64,000 nt of DNA from an uncultured Gammaproteobacteria bacterium (GCA_964637955.1 CAZWXQ010000003.1:159154-223153), one strand, 5' to 3'. Shown: positions 9,959-19,187, numbered from the stretch's first letter. Numbers and translations are program-made. Notes: generated from the sequence alone by a model not told the origin.

Positions 9959-10438
9959 ATGATTACGGAAACAGAGAGCACACCGCGAGAGCCATTATAT
10001 CTTTCTCCGGAAAAATTCGAAGAATCATTTAAAAATGTGCCGCGTCTCGCAGTTAATCTCATTGTAAGAGATGAAAGGGGAGGAGTTTTGTTAGTAAAAA
10101 GAAATATTCCTCCTCAGGAGGGGGTCTGGCATATGCCGGGAAGATTTTTACTTAAAAATGAAACTATTGAAGCATGTAGATCACGAATTGCAAGAAAAGA
10201 ACTAGGCATTGAATTACCTCTAGGAGAGGAAATCACACTTTTAGGTGCTTTTGAAGATTTAGATGGAGACTCTCGAGGACACGTAATTGATTTAGCTTTC
10301 GGAATCAAACTAAATGATGGTGTAAAATTGCGACAAACCGATGAAAATTCAGAAGCAAGATTTTTTAGTAGATTGCCAGGCAATATTGGTTTTAACCATA
10401 GAGACACGCTCCAATTATTGGGTTTTCAAGATGAATAA
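9959..10438 (+). CDS. NUDIX-family hydrolase (degenerate Nudix box)
   Basis: GRFLLKNETIEACRSRIARKELGIEL resembles the Nudix motif G-x5-E-x7-REUxEExGU. The ATG at 9959 lies 1 nt after the ftsZ stop. The track ORF start at 9911 would overlap ftsZ. Confidence 0.5.
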   Translation: MITETESTPREPLYLSPEKFEESFKNVPRLAVNLIVRDERGGVLLVKRNIPPQEGVWHMPGRFLLKNETIEACRSRIARKELGIELPLGEEITLLGAFEDLDGDSRGHVIDLAFGIKLNDGVKLRQTDENSEARFFSRLPGNIGFNHRDTLQLLGFQDE

Positions 10439-10441
10439 GTT

Positions 10442-10477
10442 TGGGACATTCCCGCCTTCCTAAGACAGAAGAACTAA
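10442..10477 (+). repeat. Second copy of the last 11 codons plus stop of ftsZ ([11 protein letters not shown]), downstream of and in frame with the NUDIX gene
   Basis: 10442-10477 tgggacattcccgccttcctaagacagaagaactaa compared with 9922-9957 tgggacattcccgcattccttcgacaaaagaattaa shows 6 differences. All six are synonymous. Confidence 0.85.
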
Positions 10478-10530
10478 GTTCGAAAATAATCCTCATGTAT
10501 TAATTGTTTCGGTTTTGCTAATGTAGAATC

Positions 10531-12084
10531 ATGGAGTATATTTATCTGTTTAAAAATAAATATTATTTACTAACTTTAATTTTTGTTATTTCATTTTCAG
10601 TACACTTAATTGGGCTTAACAAAATAGGAAGGACTTGGGATGAAGGTTTTAAAGTAGATTCTGGATATATGGCGTTGGGAAATATTGCTTCTCGAGATTT
10701 TTCAGTAAACTCGTGGTATTTGGTTCCTGAGCATCCAATGGTAGGAAAGTATGCATATGGTTTGCTTATGGGCCCTCAGACCATAAGAATCGATGATGGA
10801 AATGGACATTTTGCAAATATATCTGATTTAGATATGGTTGCAATAACTACTGGTAACTATATTAAAACTCAGTTAGGAAATAAGCTTTATATGGTTTCCT
10901 ATGATTACACGATGGCAAGGGTTTTATCGGCTCTTTTCAATAGTCTTGCAATTACTTTTACTGTGTTAATTGCGCTAAATTTCCTAAGTGCATTTTGGTC
11001 ACTACTGGCTGGAATTTTTATGCTTCTTATTCCCAGATTTGTCGTTATGGGGCAGCTCGTTACTTTTGAGTCTTTGACAATCTTTTTATTTACCCTAACC
11101 CTATTAGTATTTTATAAATTATTAAATAAACCAAAAGACATAAAACTTTACCCAATCATGGGAATACTATGTGGTTTGTTATTTTGGACGAGATATAACA
11201 ACTACTTTGTATTCGTATTTTTATTTGGATGGATGATTTTGGACTATTATTTTAAGAGAAATAAAGAAATTTTTAATTATCGTCTTATTATAATTCCTAT
11301 AATTGCATTTTTTTTGGGAATTGTAATTTGGCCACTTGTTTGGAATGATTTCCCTAAATATCTTTTGGAATCCGTTTTATTTCATAAAGATAGACTAATT
11401 CCTTCATTTTATTATTTCCATAGGCTTATTATTACTACTCCTATTCCCATAATAATCGGAGTTGGTTTTGGATTGTTTTTTGCTCTAAGAGAAAAGAAAT
11501 ATTGGAATTATTTTTTTGCATTTTGGTTCATTTTTGTTTTAATTTATCACATGATTTTGGGTGTTCCAGGTGGAGGAACTAGATTTATTTTTATAATTTA
11601 TCCTGCAGTTGGAATAATGTGTGCATTTGGATATTTTAAGCTTCTTAAGAAAAAATGGATTTATGCACTTATTCCGATACTTGCGTTTATGATAATTGAT
11701 ATGGTTTCTTATTTTCCTTACTATCTCGACTATTACAATATGGCAATTGGAGGAGTAAAAGGGGCAAAGAAATTGCAGTATGAAGTTTCTTGGTGGGGCG
11801 AAGGTCAAAGAGGAGTAGGGAAATATATAAATAATAACGTGCCTTCTGGCGCAAGTGTTGGATATTATGTAGTTCCTAGGTATGTTGCACCTGCAACGAG
11901 AACTGATTTAAATAATTTGGGGTTTGTAGATGATACGGGAGCGGTTGCTGATTATGTAATGTTAAGTAGTGGAAGAGTACCTGAGTTTGAAAAGAAATAT
12001 AATGGGAAGTATGAAGTTATTTATTCAGAAAAAGTTAGAGGAGAAAATTTGGTTTTGCTTATGAAAAAGAAAAATACCAAATAA
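10531..12084 (+). CDS. GT-C fold polytopic glycosyltransferase (PMT_2/ArnT-like)
   Basis: 517 aa with more than 10 TM segments. The first extracytoplasmic loop carries IGRTWDEGF, a DE motif typical of GT39/GT83. Confidence 0.5.
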   Translation: MEYIYLFKNKYYLLTLIFVISFSVHLIGLNKIGRTWDEGFKVDSGYMALGNIASRDFSVNSWYLVPEHPMVGKYAYGLLMGPQTIRIDDGNGHFANISDLDMVAITTGNYIKTQLGNKLYMVSYDYTMARVLSALFNSLAITFTVLIALNFLSAFWSLLAGIFMLLIPRFVVMGQLVTFESLTIFLFTLTLLVFYKLLNKPKDIKLYPIMGILCGLLFWTRYNNYFVFVFLFGWMILDYYFKRNKEIFNYRLIIIPIIAFFLGIVIWPLVWNDFPKYLLESVLFHKDRLIPSFYYFHRLIITTPIPIIIGVGFGLFFALREKKYWNYFFAFWFIFVLIYHMILGVPGGGTRFIFIIYPAVGIMCAFGYFKLLKKKWIYALIPILAFMIIDMVSYFPYYLDYYNMAIGGVKGAKKLQYEVSWWGEGQRGVGKYINNNVPSGASVGYYVVPRYVAPATRTDLNNLGFVDDTGAVADYVMLSSGRVPEFEKKYNGKYEVIYSEKVRGENLVLLMKKKNTK

Positions 12085-12087
12085 TAT

Positions 12088-13341
12088 TTATCTGCGATAG
12101 TTAAATATTAGGTAATAGATTAGATAAGCTGATGCTCCAACAGCTTGGCCAATTAATATTCCCCAGCCAATACCAACAAGTCCAAATGAGGAAAGTAAAT
12201 ATGTACTTATTATTATGGCTGATGCTCCAATAAAATTTAAAATAATAAGTGCATTTATTTTATGTCTTATTCTGAGGATAGAATTTGTAAATAAAGATAC
12301 TGGAACGAAGAGTGCTGAAATTGAAATTATTTGTAAAAATTTAAAAGCATCTTCTTCAAAATTTTTTCCAAAAAAATGAAGAATATAATTACCAAAAAAG
12401 AAAATTATAATTACACTTGGAATAAGTAGTAAGAAAGTTATTTTTGAAGCTTTTAAAATATGCTTTTTAAGTTCTGTTTCGTCATGAGATCCTTCGGTAA
12501 GTAATGACTGTGAAACGGATGAGGGTATAGTGAGTAAAAGTGTGTAGATCATAATATCTATATAATAGTATGCTGCATAAGTTGCCCCAATAGAATTAAC
12601 AATTAGAATTGGAAGAATTAAAAGTGGCGTAGATGATAAAAGGTTGGCAATGTAATTTCCGCTTGAAAATTTGCCCATGCTTTTAATTAATGGTATATTA
12701 ACACCTAAGATTAAATGAAATTTGAATTTATAAATTAATATTCCAAGACCGAAGAAAAAGCTAATTGCCATCGCAAGTGAAAAAGCTGAGAAAAGTCCAT
12801 ATGCGCCAAATGCGGAAAATATAAATAGAAATAATATTTTTAAAGTACTTAGTATTAAGCTTTTTGAAAGAACGTTTCCTGCGTCTCTGTACGCAGTAAA
12901 TATATAATCTAAAAGACTATTTAAAGATATTACGATGGTAAAGAAGATGAAAGTTGATATGTAGATTAAATTGTTATTGAGAAAAGATAGTTTTGGAGAA
13001 AATATATTTATACCTATTAAAAATATAATACATACGATTAGACTAACAAATGTTATAAGAATTGAAGATGATGAAATCATTTCATTTTTGACTTCAGATT
13101 TGGGCAAAAATCTATTTAAGCTAATATTTAATCCAAGCATGCAAAAGCCGGATATTAAGGATGAAACGGATAATAATGTAGTTGCTACGCCAATTTGATC
13201 AGTCGTAAAGTTTTTTGCTGCTATAACCCAGAAGAAAAATCCAAAACCAGCCATTACACCTGAGCTTGCTATTAAATATATAGAATTTCTGTATAAATGA
13301 TCAGATCTGAAATGATTTATGATCGTCTTGAATCTACCCAT
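12088..13341 (-). CDS. Wzx-like polysaccharide/oligosaccharide flippase (MOP superfamily)
   Basis: 417 aa with about 12 TM. The N-terminus NSIYLIASSGVMAGFGFFFWVIAAKNFTTDQIGV is typical of the polysaccharide biosynthesis protein family. Confidence 0.65.
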   Translation of the reverse strand: MGRFKTIINHFRSDHLYRNSIYLIASSGVMAGFGFFFWVIAAKNFTTDQIGVATTLLSVSSLISGFCMLGLNISLNRFLPKSEVKNEMISSSSILITFVSLIVCIIFLIGINIFSPKLSFLNNNLIYISTFIFFTIVISLNSLLDYIFTAYRDAGNVLSKSLILSTLKILFLFIFSAFGAYGLFSAFSLAMAISFFFGLGILIYKFKFHLILGVNIPLIKSMGKFSSGNYIANLLSSTPLLILPILIVNSIGATYAAYYYIDIMIYTLLLTIPSSVSQSLLTEGSHDETELKKHILKASKITFLLLIPSVIIIFFFGNYILHFFGKNFEEDAFKFLQIISISALFVPVSLFTNSILRIRHKINALIILNFIGASAIIISTYLLSSFGLVGIGWGILIGQAVGASAYLIYYLIFNYRR

Positions 13342-13436
13342 ACATTCATTATATATGTTAATTGCCCAACATCTATAGAAGTAATTATTTTTGTCCTCGA
13401 GGTAAATTTTATATAGGATATATCAGCTTCAGTATA

Positions 13437-13472
13437 GATATATATCAATAAACATCAGTTTAAGATTGATAA
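13437..13472. promoter_or_regulatory. Imperfect inverted repeat ATATCAAT-N15-ATTGATAA upstream of the HTH gene promoter; related to the perfect inverted repeat at 45508-45540
   Basis: ATCAAT at 13444-13449 and ATTGAT at 13465-13470. The flanking TATAT is shared with the 45508 site. Confidence 0.4.
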
Positions 13473-13485
13473 CATTGCTTTAGCA

Positions 13486-13514
13486 TTGACATTATAGGCC
13501 ATTTATGATATATA
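13486..13514 (+). promoter_or_regulatory. Sigma70-like promoter: TTGACA (13486-13491), 17-nt spacer, TATATA (13509-13514)
   Basis: The -35 is a consensus hexamer. The predicted transcription start near 13521 gives a 12-14 nt leader to the ATG at 13535. Confidence 0.45.
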
Positions 13515-13534
13515 TGGCTATTCATATCTCAATT

Positions 13535-13741
13535 ATGATTGATATAAGTAAAACTAACTTCCTTACAGTTGCAGAGGTTTCAGCACTACTGCGATTAAGT
13601 GAGCTTACTATTTATAAATACCTTAAAGAAGGTAAGCTTGAAGCAGTCGAATTTGGCGGTCATTATCGCATTTCAGAATCTTCATTATTTAAATTTATTG
13701 AAAAGCATAAAGTAAATTCAGTTAAGGAGGAAAATGAATAA
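13535..13741 (+). CDS. Small helix-turn-helix DNA-binding protein (excisionase/MerR-like HTH_17 type)
   Basis: FLTVAEVSALLRLSELTIYKYLKEGKLEAVEFGGHYRI is the canonical helix-turn-helix of the excisionase-family DNA-binding domain. The track start at 13505 falls inside the predicted promoter, so I prefer the ATG at 13535. Its 3' end carries the AAGGAGG Shine-Dalgarno site of the next gene. Confidence 0.55.
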   Translation: MIDISKTNFLTVAEVSALLRLSELTIYKYLKEGKLEAVEFGGHYRISESSLFKFIEKHKVNSVKEENE

Positions 13742-16700
13742 CGAATCTACTGGGTTGAGTATTATCGTTCCTACATATAATGAAGAAGCTAATATTAAAT
13801 TATTAGTTGAAAGAATTCACGCTGCTTTATCTGATGCAAAAATAAATTATGAAATAATTTTTGTTGATGATCACTCTACAGACCAGACTCAAAATGTGAT
13901 CAGTAATCTAGCCATTTTTTTTCCAATCATTTCAACTACTAAGGTAGGCAAAAAAGGTAAAGCATATTCAATATTAGAAGGTGCTAAATTTGCTCAGTTT
14001 GATAATTTAGCCATGATTGACGCAGATCTTCAATATCCGCCAGAAGCTCTTCCGAAAATGGTAAACATGCTTAAGTATTCTGATTTGGTAATTTCAAATA
14101 GAAAAACATATAAAGATACAAAACTTAGAAAAGTTTTAAGTCGTACATTCAAGTTTATGTTTGGAAAGGTTTTATTTGGACTTAATTATGATATTCAATC
14201 AGGACTTAAAGTGTTTACAAGAGAAGTTTTTGAAACATTAAAGTATATGCCTTCATCTTCTTGGACATTTGATCTTGAGTTTTTACATAGGGCGAAACAG
14301 GCAGGATTTCATATGAGCAGCTATGATATTACTTTCACCAAAAGAGCAAAAGGAAATTCAAAAATGGGGATCATGAAGCAAGTTATAGAAATTGGATCTA
14401 ATGCAATAAGAGTCAAAGCAAAAAGAATTAGACCTGTTCATATTGCTCCAAAAAGTTTAGATTCTATGAAAGGTGCTGGAATAGGTTATAAAAAAAGAAA
14501 GTATATTACTCATACTACTATTCCACATCACTTATCAGCTTTAACTACCGTAACTAAATTACAAAAATTTATCGTAATTATGATTGTTGGAATTTTAATT
14601 GTTGGAATACTGACAACGCCGATGCTAACTTTAAAGTTGTTAATTGGAGTTCTAAGTTTTATATACCTGGCAGATGTATTATTTAATTTATTTTTAATTT
14701 CAAAAAGCTTAAATAGTCCTCAGGAAATTATATCTTCAAAAGATGAGATTGATTCAGTGAAGAATTCAGATTTGCCAATATATTCTATACTTTGTCCACT
14801 CTATAAAGAGGCTCAGATTATTCCGCAATTTTTAGAAGCTATTGAAAAAATTTCGTGGCCAAAAGATAAGCTTGATGTAATATTACTTTTGGAAGAAGAC
14901 GATAGGGTAACGATCGATGTTGCAGCAAGAATGGATTTACCTTCTTTTGTTAGAACAATTATTGTTCCACATTCAATTCCTAAAACAAAACCTAAGGCAT
15001 GTAACTATGGACTTGCATTTGCAAAAGGAGAGTATGTAGTTGTTTATGATGCAGAAGATATCCCAGATGTAGACCAATTAAAAAAAGCATTTCTTGGTTT
15101 TAAGAAAAGTTCAGAAAACGTAATATGTCTTCAAGCGAGACTTAATTATTACAATCCTCACCAGAATTTATTAACAAGATTTTTTACAGCAGAGTACTCA
15201 CTTTGGTTTGATGTAACGCTTCCTGGAATGGTGGCGATTGAAACTGCTTTGCCATTGGGTGGAACCAGTAATCATTTCAAAACAAAATACTTACAGTCTG
15301 TTCATGGATGGGATCCATTTAATGTGACTGAAGATGCCGATTTAGGAATCCGGCTTTTTAACCAAGGATATAAAACTGCAATGATTGATTCAACAACTCT
15401 TGAAGAAGCAAATAGTAATCTTAAAAATTGGTTTAGGCAAAGATCACGTTGGATAAAAGGGTATATGCAGACATATCTGGTGCATACGAGACGAAATGGT
15501 GTTTCAAGCAATAAGAAATCAAAACACTCTTTATATTTTCAATTAATAATTGGAGGAAAAATCGCTTTTGTTCTTATAAATCCTATTCTTTGGATTGCTA
15601 CATTTGCATATTTTGCACTTTATTCATATGTAGGGCCTAGTATAGAACAGCTATATCCCAATGTCATATTTTATATGGCTATATTTTCTCTCGTAGTTGG
15701 CAATTTCCTCTTCCTTTATTACTACATGATTGGACTTGCGAAGAAAGGACAATGGAGTCTTATTAAATATGTGTTATTAGTTCCTATTTATTGGTTAATG
15801 ATAAGTATTTCTGCATTCATCGCTTTGTATCAATTAATATTTAAACCTCACTACTGGGAAAAAACAGTTCATGGTTTACACTTGAAGAAAGATGAAGTTA
15901 AAGAAAAAGTAAACGTTGTGGAAGAGATCCCCGCATATGATGATATCTCAAAGAAAAGACTTAGATATATTAATATTAAGCAAATTGCTGCAGTTACTAT
16001 ATACTCATTAGGAATATTATTCATTTTTCAAGATAATATTTTATATGCTTCATTAGTTTTGTTAAGTTCATTCTTAATTTACGTCATCTATACTTTATTG
16101 TTTCCTCTTTTAGCAGATTTATTACGCTCTGTGTTTTCAAATTTAAGTGATTTACTTAGTATGTTTAAAAAATCAAATGAGGAAAGCAGTGGAATTAGGA
16201 TTTTAGTATTAAATTGGAGAGACAGTAAGCATAAATGGGCTGGTGGGGCAGAGGTATATGCACATGAGTTAGCTAAAAGATGGGTAAAGGATGGCAATAG
16301 TGTAACAATGTTTTCTGGAAATGATGGAAAGAATAAAAGTAATGAAACTATTGATGGCGTAAATATCATAAGGCATGGAGGTTTTTATACAGTCTATTTC
16401 TGGGCTTTTGCTTACTATGTAATTAAATTTCGCGGAAAATTTGACGTAATTATTGATACTGAGAATGGAATTCCATTCTTCTCGCCTTTATATTCTAGAA
16501 AGAAAAAATTTCTCTTGATTCACCATGTTCATCAGGAAGTATTTAGAAAAAGTTTAAGATGGCCATTTTCAGACCTAGCATTATTTTTAGAAGCAAAACT
16601 TATGCCGTTTGTTTATAGAAATGTTCAAGTAATCACAGTTTCTCCGTCATCAAAAAAAGAAATTTTAAAACATAAGCTGACTAAAAAAGATCCAATAGTC

Positions 16701-17345
16701 ATCTATAACGGTGTAAATCATGACATATTTAAGCCCGCTAAAAAAAGTCAAAAGCCAATGGTCATATATCTTGGTAGACTTCAGTACTATAAAAGTTTAC
16801 ATATTTTTATAGTAGCTGCAAAAAGAATACTTAAGAAAAATCCAAAAGTTCAGTTTGTTATCGCTGGCGAAGGTGAGGAAAAAAAGAAGCTAATGAATTT
16901 TGCTAAAAAATTGGAAATTTCTGATCAAGTTAATTTTTTAGGCAAAGTAACTGAAGAAGAAAAAGTAAAGATATTTCAAGAAGCATGGGTATTTGTTAAC
17001 CCTTCTTATATGGAGGGATGGGGAATTACTACGATTGAAGCAAACGCTTGTGGAGTCCCAGCTGTTGCTTCAAATGTAGCAGGATTAAAAGATGCTATTA
17101 AAAATAATGAAACGGGATTTTTGGTTGATTATAAAGACTATGACAGTTTCACAAAAAGTATATTAGCTTTAATCGATGATGAATCATTAAGAAAAAGAAT
17201 GTCAGAAAATGCATTAAATTGGTCAAAGAAATTTAGCTGGGATATTAGCGCTGAGTTGTTCCTTGAAGTTATTAAGATCTCATTACAAGAAGATGATTAC
17301 AAATCAGAATCTTATACAAATATATTTTTAATGCAAAAAAACTAA
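13734..17345 (+). CDS. Three-domain membrane glycosyltransferase: N-terminal DPM1/GtrB-like GT2, central processive GT2 synthase (PgaC/NodC/cellulose-synthase-like), C-terminal GT4
   Basis: Domain 1 (LSIIVPTYNEE..FVDDHSTDQT) is polyprenyl-phosphate sugar synthase-like. Domain 2 has YDAEDIPD, VTEDADLG (TED) and FRQRSRW (QxxRW) and is flanked by TM helices. Domain 3 (EGWGITTIEANACGVPAVAS..ETGFLV) has the GT4 E-x7-E signature. An AAGGAGG Shine-Dalgarno site lies 7 nt upstream. 1203 aa. Confidence 0.8.
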   Translation: MNNESTGLSIIVPTYNEEANIKLLVERIHAALSDAKINYEIIFVDDHSTDQTQNVISNLAIFFPIISTTKVGKKGKAYSILEGAKFAQFDNLAMIDADLQYPPEALPKMVNMLKYSDLVISNRKTYKDTKLRKVLSRTFKFMFGKVLFGLNYDIQSGLKVFTREVFETLKYMPSSSWTFDLEFLHRAKQAGFHMSSYDITFTKRAKGNSKMGIMKQVIEIGSNAIRVKAKRIRPVHIAPKSLDSMKGAGIGYKKRKYITHTTIPHHLSALTTVTKLQKFIVIMIVGILIVGILTTPMLTLKLLIGVLSFIYLADVLFNLFLISKSLNSPQEIISSKDEIDSVKNSDLPIYSILCPLYKEAQIIPQFLEAIEKISWPKDKLDVILLLEEDDRVTIDVAARMDLPSFVRTIIVPHSIPKTKPKACNYGLAFAKGEYVVVYDAEDIPDVDQLKKAFLGFKKSSENVICLQARLNYYNPHQNLLTRFFTAEYSLWFDVTLPGMVAIETALPLGGTSNHFKTKYLQSVHGWDPFNVTEDADLGIRLFNQGYKTAMIDSTTLEEANSNLKNWFRQRSRWIKGYMQTYLVHTRRNGVSSNKKSKHSLYFQLIIGGKIAFVLINPILWIATFAYFALYSYVGPSIEQLYPNVIFYMAIFSLVVGNFLFLYYYMIGLAKKGQWSLIKYVLLVPIYWLMISISAFIALYQLIFKPHYWEKTVHGLHLKKDEVKEKVNVVEEIPAYDDISKKRLRYINIKQIAAVTIYSLGILFIFQDNILYASLVLLSSFLIYVIYTLLFPLLADLLRSVFSNLSDLLSMFKKSNEESSGIRILVLNWRDSKHKWAGGAEVYAHELAKRWVKDGNSVTMFSGNDGKNKSNETIDGVNIIRHGGFYTVYFWAFAYYVIKFRGKFDVIIDTENGIPFFSPLYSRKKKFLLIHHVHQEVFRKSLRWPFSDLALFLEAKLMPFVYRNVQVITVSPSSKKEILKHKLTKKDPIVIYNGVNHDIFKPAKKSQKPMVIYLGRLQYYKSLHIFIVAAKRILKKNPKVQFVIAGEGEEKKKLMNFAKKLEISDQVNFLGKVTEEEKVKIFQEAWVFVNPSYMEGWGITTIEANACGVPAVASNVAGLKDAIKNNETGFLVDYKDYDSFTKSILALIDDESLRKRMSENALNWSKKFSWDISAELFLEVIKISLQEDDYKSESYTNIFLMQKN

Positions 17346-17346
17346 T

Positions 17347-18393
17347 ATGAAAAAAGAAAATTTAAAAAGTCATAAAAACAGTTTCAATCTACTTAACATT
17401 ATTATCTTAGAGTTTTTTGATTTACTAGTGAAAAGATTTGTAAAACCACAAAAGTTTAATGCACCAAAGGAGATAGGTAGTTATAAATTAAAATTTAAAT
17501 TTAAAAAACAATGGAAATCAGACACGGGTAAGCTAGGAATATATGAATCAATTGACGGTAAAAAAGCATTTGGAAAGACTGTTAATTATAAATATAAAAA
17601 CGCATCTTACATAAAGCTTAAAAATGAAATCGAAATTTATAAATTAATAGATAAAGTAATATCTAATTTAACAAAAAAAAATAAATCTAAATTTAATAGT
17701 TTTAGAATTCCAAAGTTCATTCATAGTAGTGAGTCTAAAAATTCGCTATCACTATTAGTCGAGTATGTGGAAGGAATTAGGGCGGATAATCTTTCTTCCG
17801 ATGATAAATTTAATCTTTATATAAAAAATATTGATTTTCTAGATAATCTTGGAAGCTCTATGTCCAATTCGCAAAAAAATACATTTTATAAAAGAACTTC
17901 GATTAATTATGTTTTACTTTATCCTTTATTATTGATTTTTGCTTTGATTAGAAATTTTGAATCAAGGAAAGAATTGCTAAGAGGAGCATTTATATTTATA
18001 AAGAATTTTAATCTTTTATTTTTGCAAAATAAATTAGTTTTAACTCATAGGGATCTTCATTTTAAAAACATAATAGTAAATGAGAAAGAAAATATATTAA
18101 TAGATTTTGAATCAGCAGTATTTACAGTTCCATATTATGATGTTGTTACAACTTTAAGATATGAATGGAATGATTTAGAATTTACTAAATTGCTAATTTC
18201 AACAATAGAGAAAGAAAATATATTAAATAATAAATTTGAAAATTATTTTAAATTATTGATGATAATCTCCTCTACCCATGGTTTGACTGCGAACAATTTT
18301 TCTAAAAAAGAAATTAATCAAATAAATAAGTTTTTGTCTTTCGGGCTTGCATATAAGTTTAATAAGACAAATATACAAGGAGCATTTTCATGA
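17347..18393 (+). CDS. Protein-kinase-like fold phosphotransferase (APH/choline-kinase family)
   Basis: LTHRDLHFKNIIVNEKENILIDFESA carries the catalytic-loop HxDxxxxN and the DFE metal-binding motif. 348 aa, inside the glycan gene array. Confidence 0.5.
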   Translation: MKKENLKSHKNSFNLLNIIILEFFDLLVKRFVKPQKFNAPKEIGSYKLKFKFKKQWKSDTGKLGIYESIDGKKAFGKTVNYKYKNASYIKLKNEIEIYKLIDKVISNLTKKNKSKFNSFRIPKFIHSSESKNSLSLLVEYVEGIRADNLSSDDKFNLYIKNIDFLDNLGSSMSNSQKNTFYKRTSINYVLLYPLLLIFALIRNFESRKELLRGAFIFIKNFNLLFLQNKLVLTHRDLHFKNIIVNEKENILIDFESAVFTVPYYDVVTTLRYEWNDLEFTKLLISTIEKENILNNKFENYFKLLMIISSTHGLTANNFSKKEINQINKFLSFGLAYKFNKTNIQGAFS

Positions 18394-19187
18394 TGAAGAA
18401 TCATTTTTTTACACTTAGAAAAATTTTATTTAGAATAACTTACCTAGTTTCTAAGTTAATTCCTGGGAAAAGCGTTTCTGTGCTTTGCTTTCACAGTATC
18501 TCAAAATCAAATGACAGATATTCTGTTTCGCCTGAGAAATTTAAAAAAGAGATTGAAATAATTTCTAAACATTCTGATTTCATAAGTTTTAAAGATTTTT
18601 TGGATAACAGAAACAAAAAAAAATCATCTGTAATAATTACATTTGATGATGGATACAAAGACATAATTGGAATAGTGCCAATTATTAAAAGATATAATAT
18701 TAAGCCGATACTATTTGTTTTATCAAATCATAGAAATGTTAATAGAATCGAAATTGAGAACGATAATAAATTATTAACTATTAAAGAAATTAGATATTTA
18801 GTAAAAAATGGTTTTGAAATTGGTTCTCACAGTGCAACTCATTCTAATTTGTCCAAAATTTCAGATAATGAATTAATTGAAGAAGTAATAAATAGCAGAA
18901 GGATTCTTCAAGAACAATTGCGAGTGGATATTAATTATTTTGCATATCCGAAAGGAATAAATAATAAAAAAATAGTCAATATCGTGAAGAAAGCAGGATA
19001 TAAATATGCTTTTACTGTTGAACCTGGAAATTTAAATGAAAAAAATGATAATTATAGACTTCCAAGAACAATTATAGATAAAACACATCAATTGTCTGAA
19101 TTTCCAGGAGTATATTCTAAAGGGACGTACATAATTAGGAAAAATACAAATAGATTTAAATTATGGGAGAGGTTTTTAAGTATATGA
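18390..19187 (+). CDS. CE4 polysaccharide deacetylase (NodB/PgaB/IcaB-like)
   Basis: ITFDDGYKD is the TFDDG motif 1 and GSHSATHSNL is the H-S-x-x-H motif of the NodB homology domain. It overlaps the upstream gene at an ATGA junction. Confidence 0.8.
   Translation: MMKNHFFTLRKILFRITYLVSKLIPGKSVSVLCFHSISKSNDRYSVSPEKFKKEIEIISKHSDFISFKDFLDNRNKKKSSVIITFDDGYKDIIGIVPIIKRYNIKPILFVLSNHRNVNRIEIENDNKLLTIKEIRYLVKNGFEIGSHSATHSNLSKISDNELIEEVINSRRILQEQLRVDINYFAYPKGINNKKIVNIVKKAGYKYAFTVEPGNLNEKNDNYRLPRTIIDKTHQLSEFPGVYSKGTYIIRKNTNRFKLWERFLSI

Noticed and set aside
13505-13534. Track-predicted start of the HTH gene at 13505 (MIYMAIHISI..)
   Set aside because: It lies inside the predicted -10 element and transcription start. 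The ATG at 13535 gives a plausible 69-aa HTH protein.
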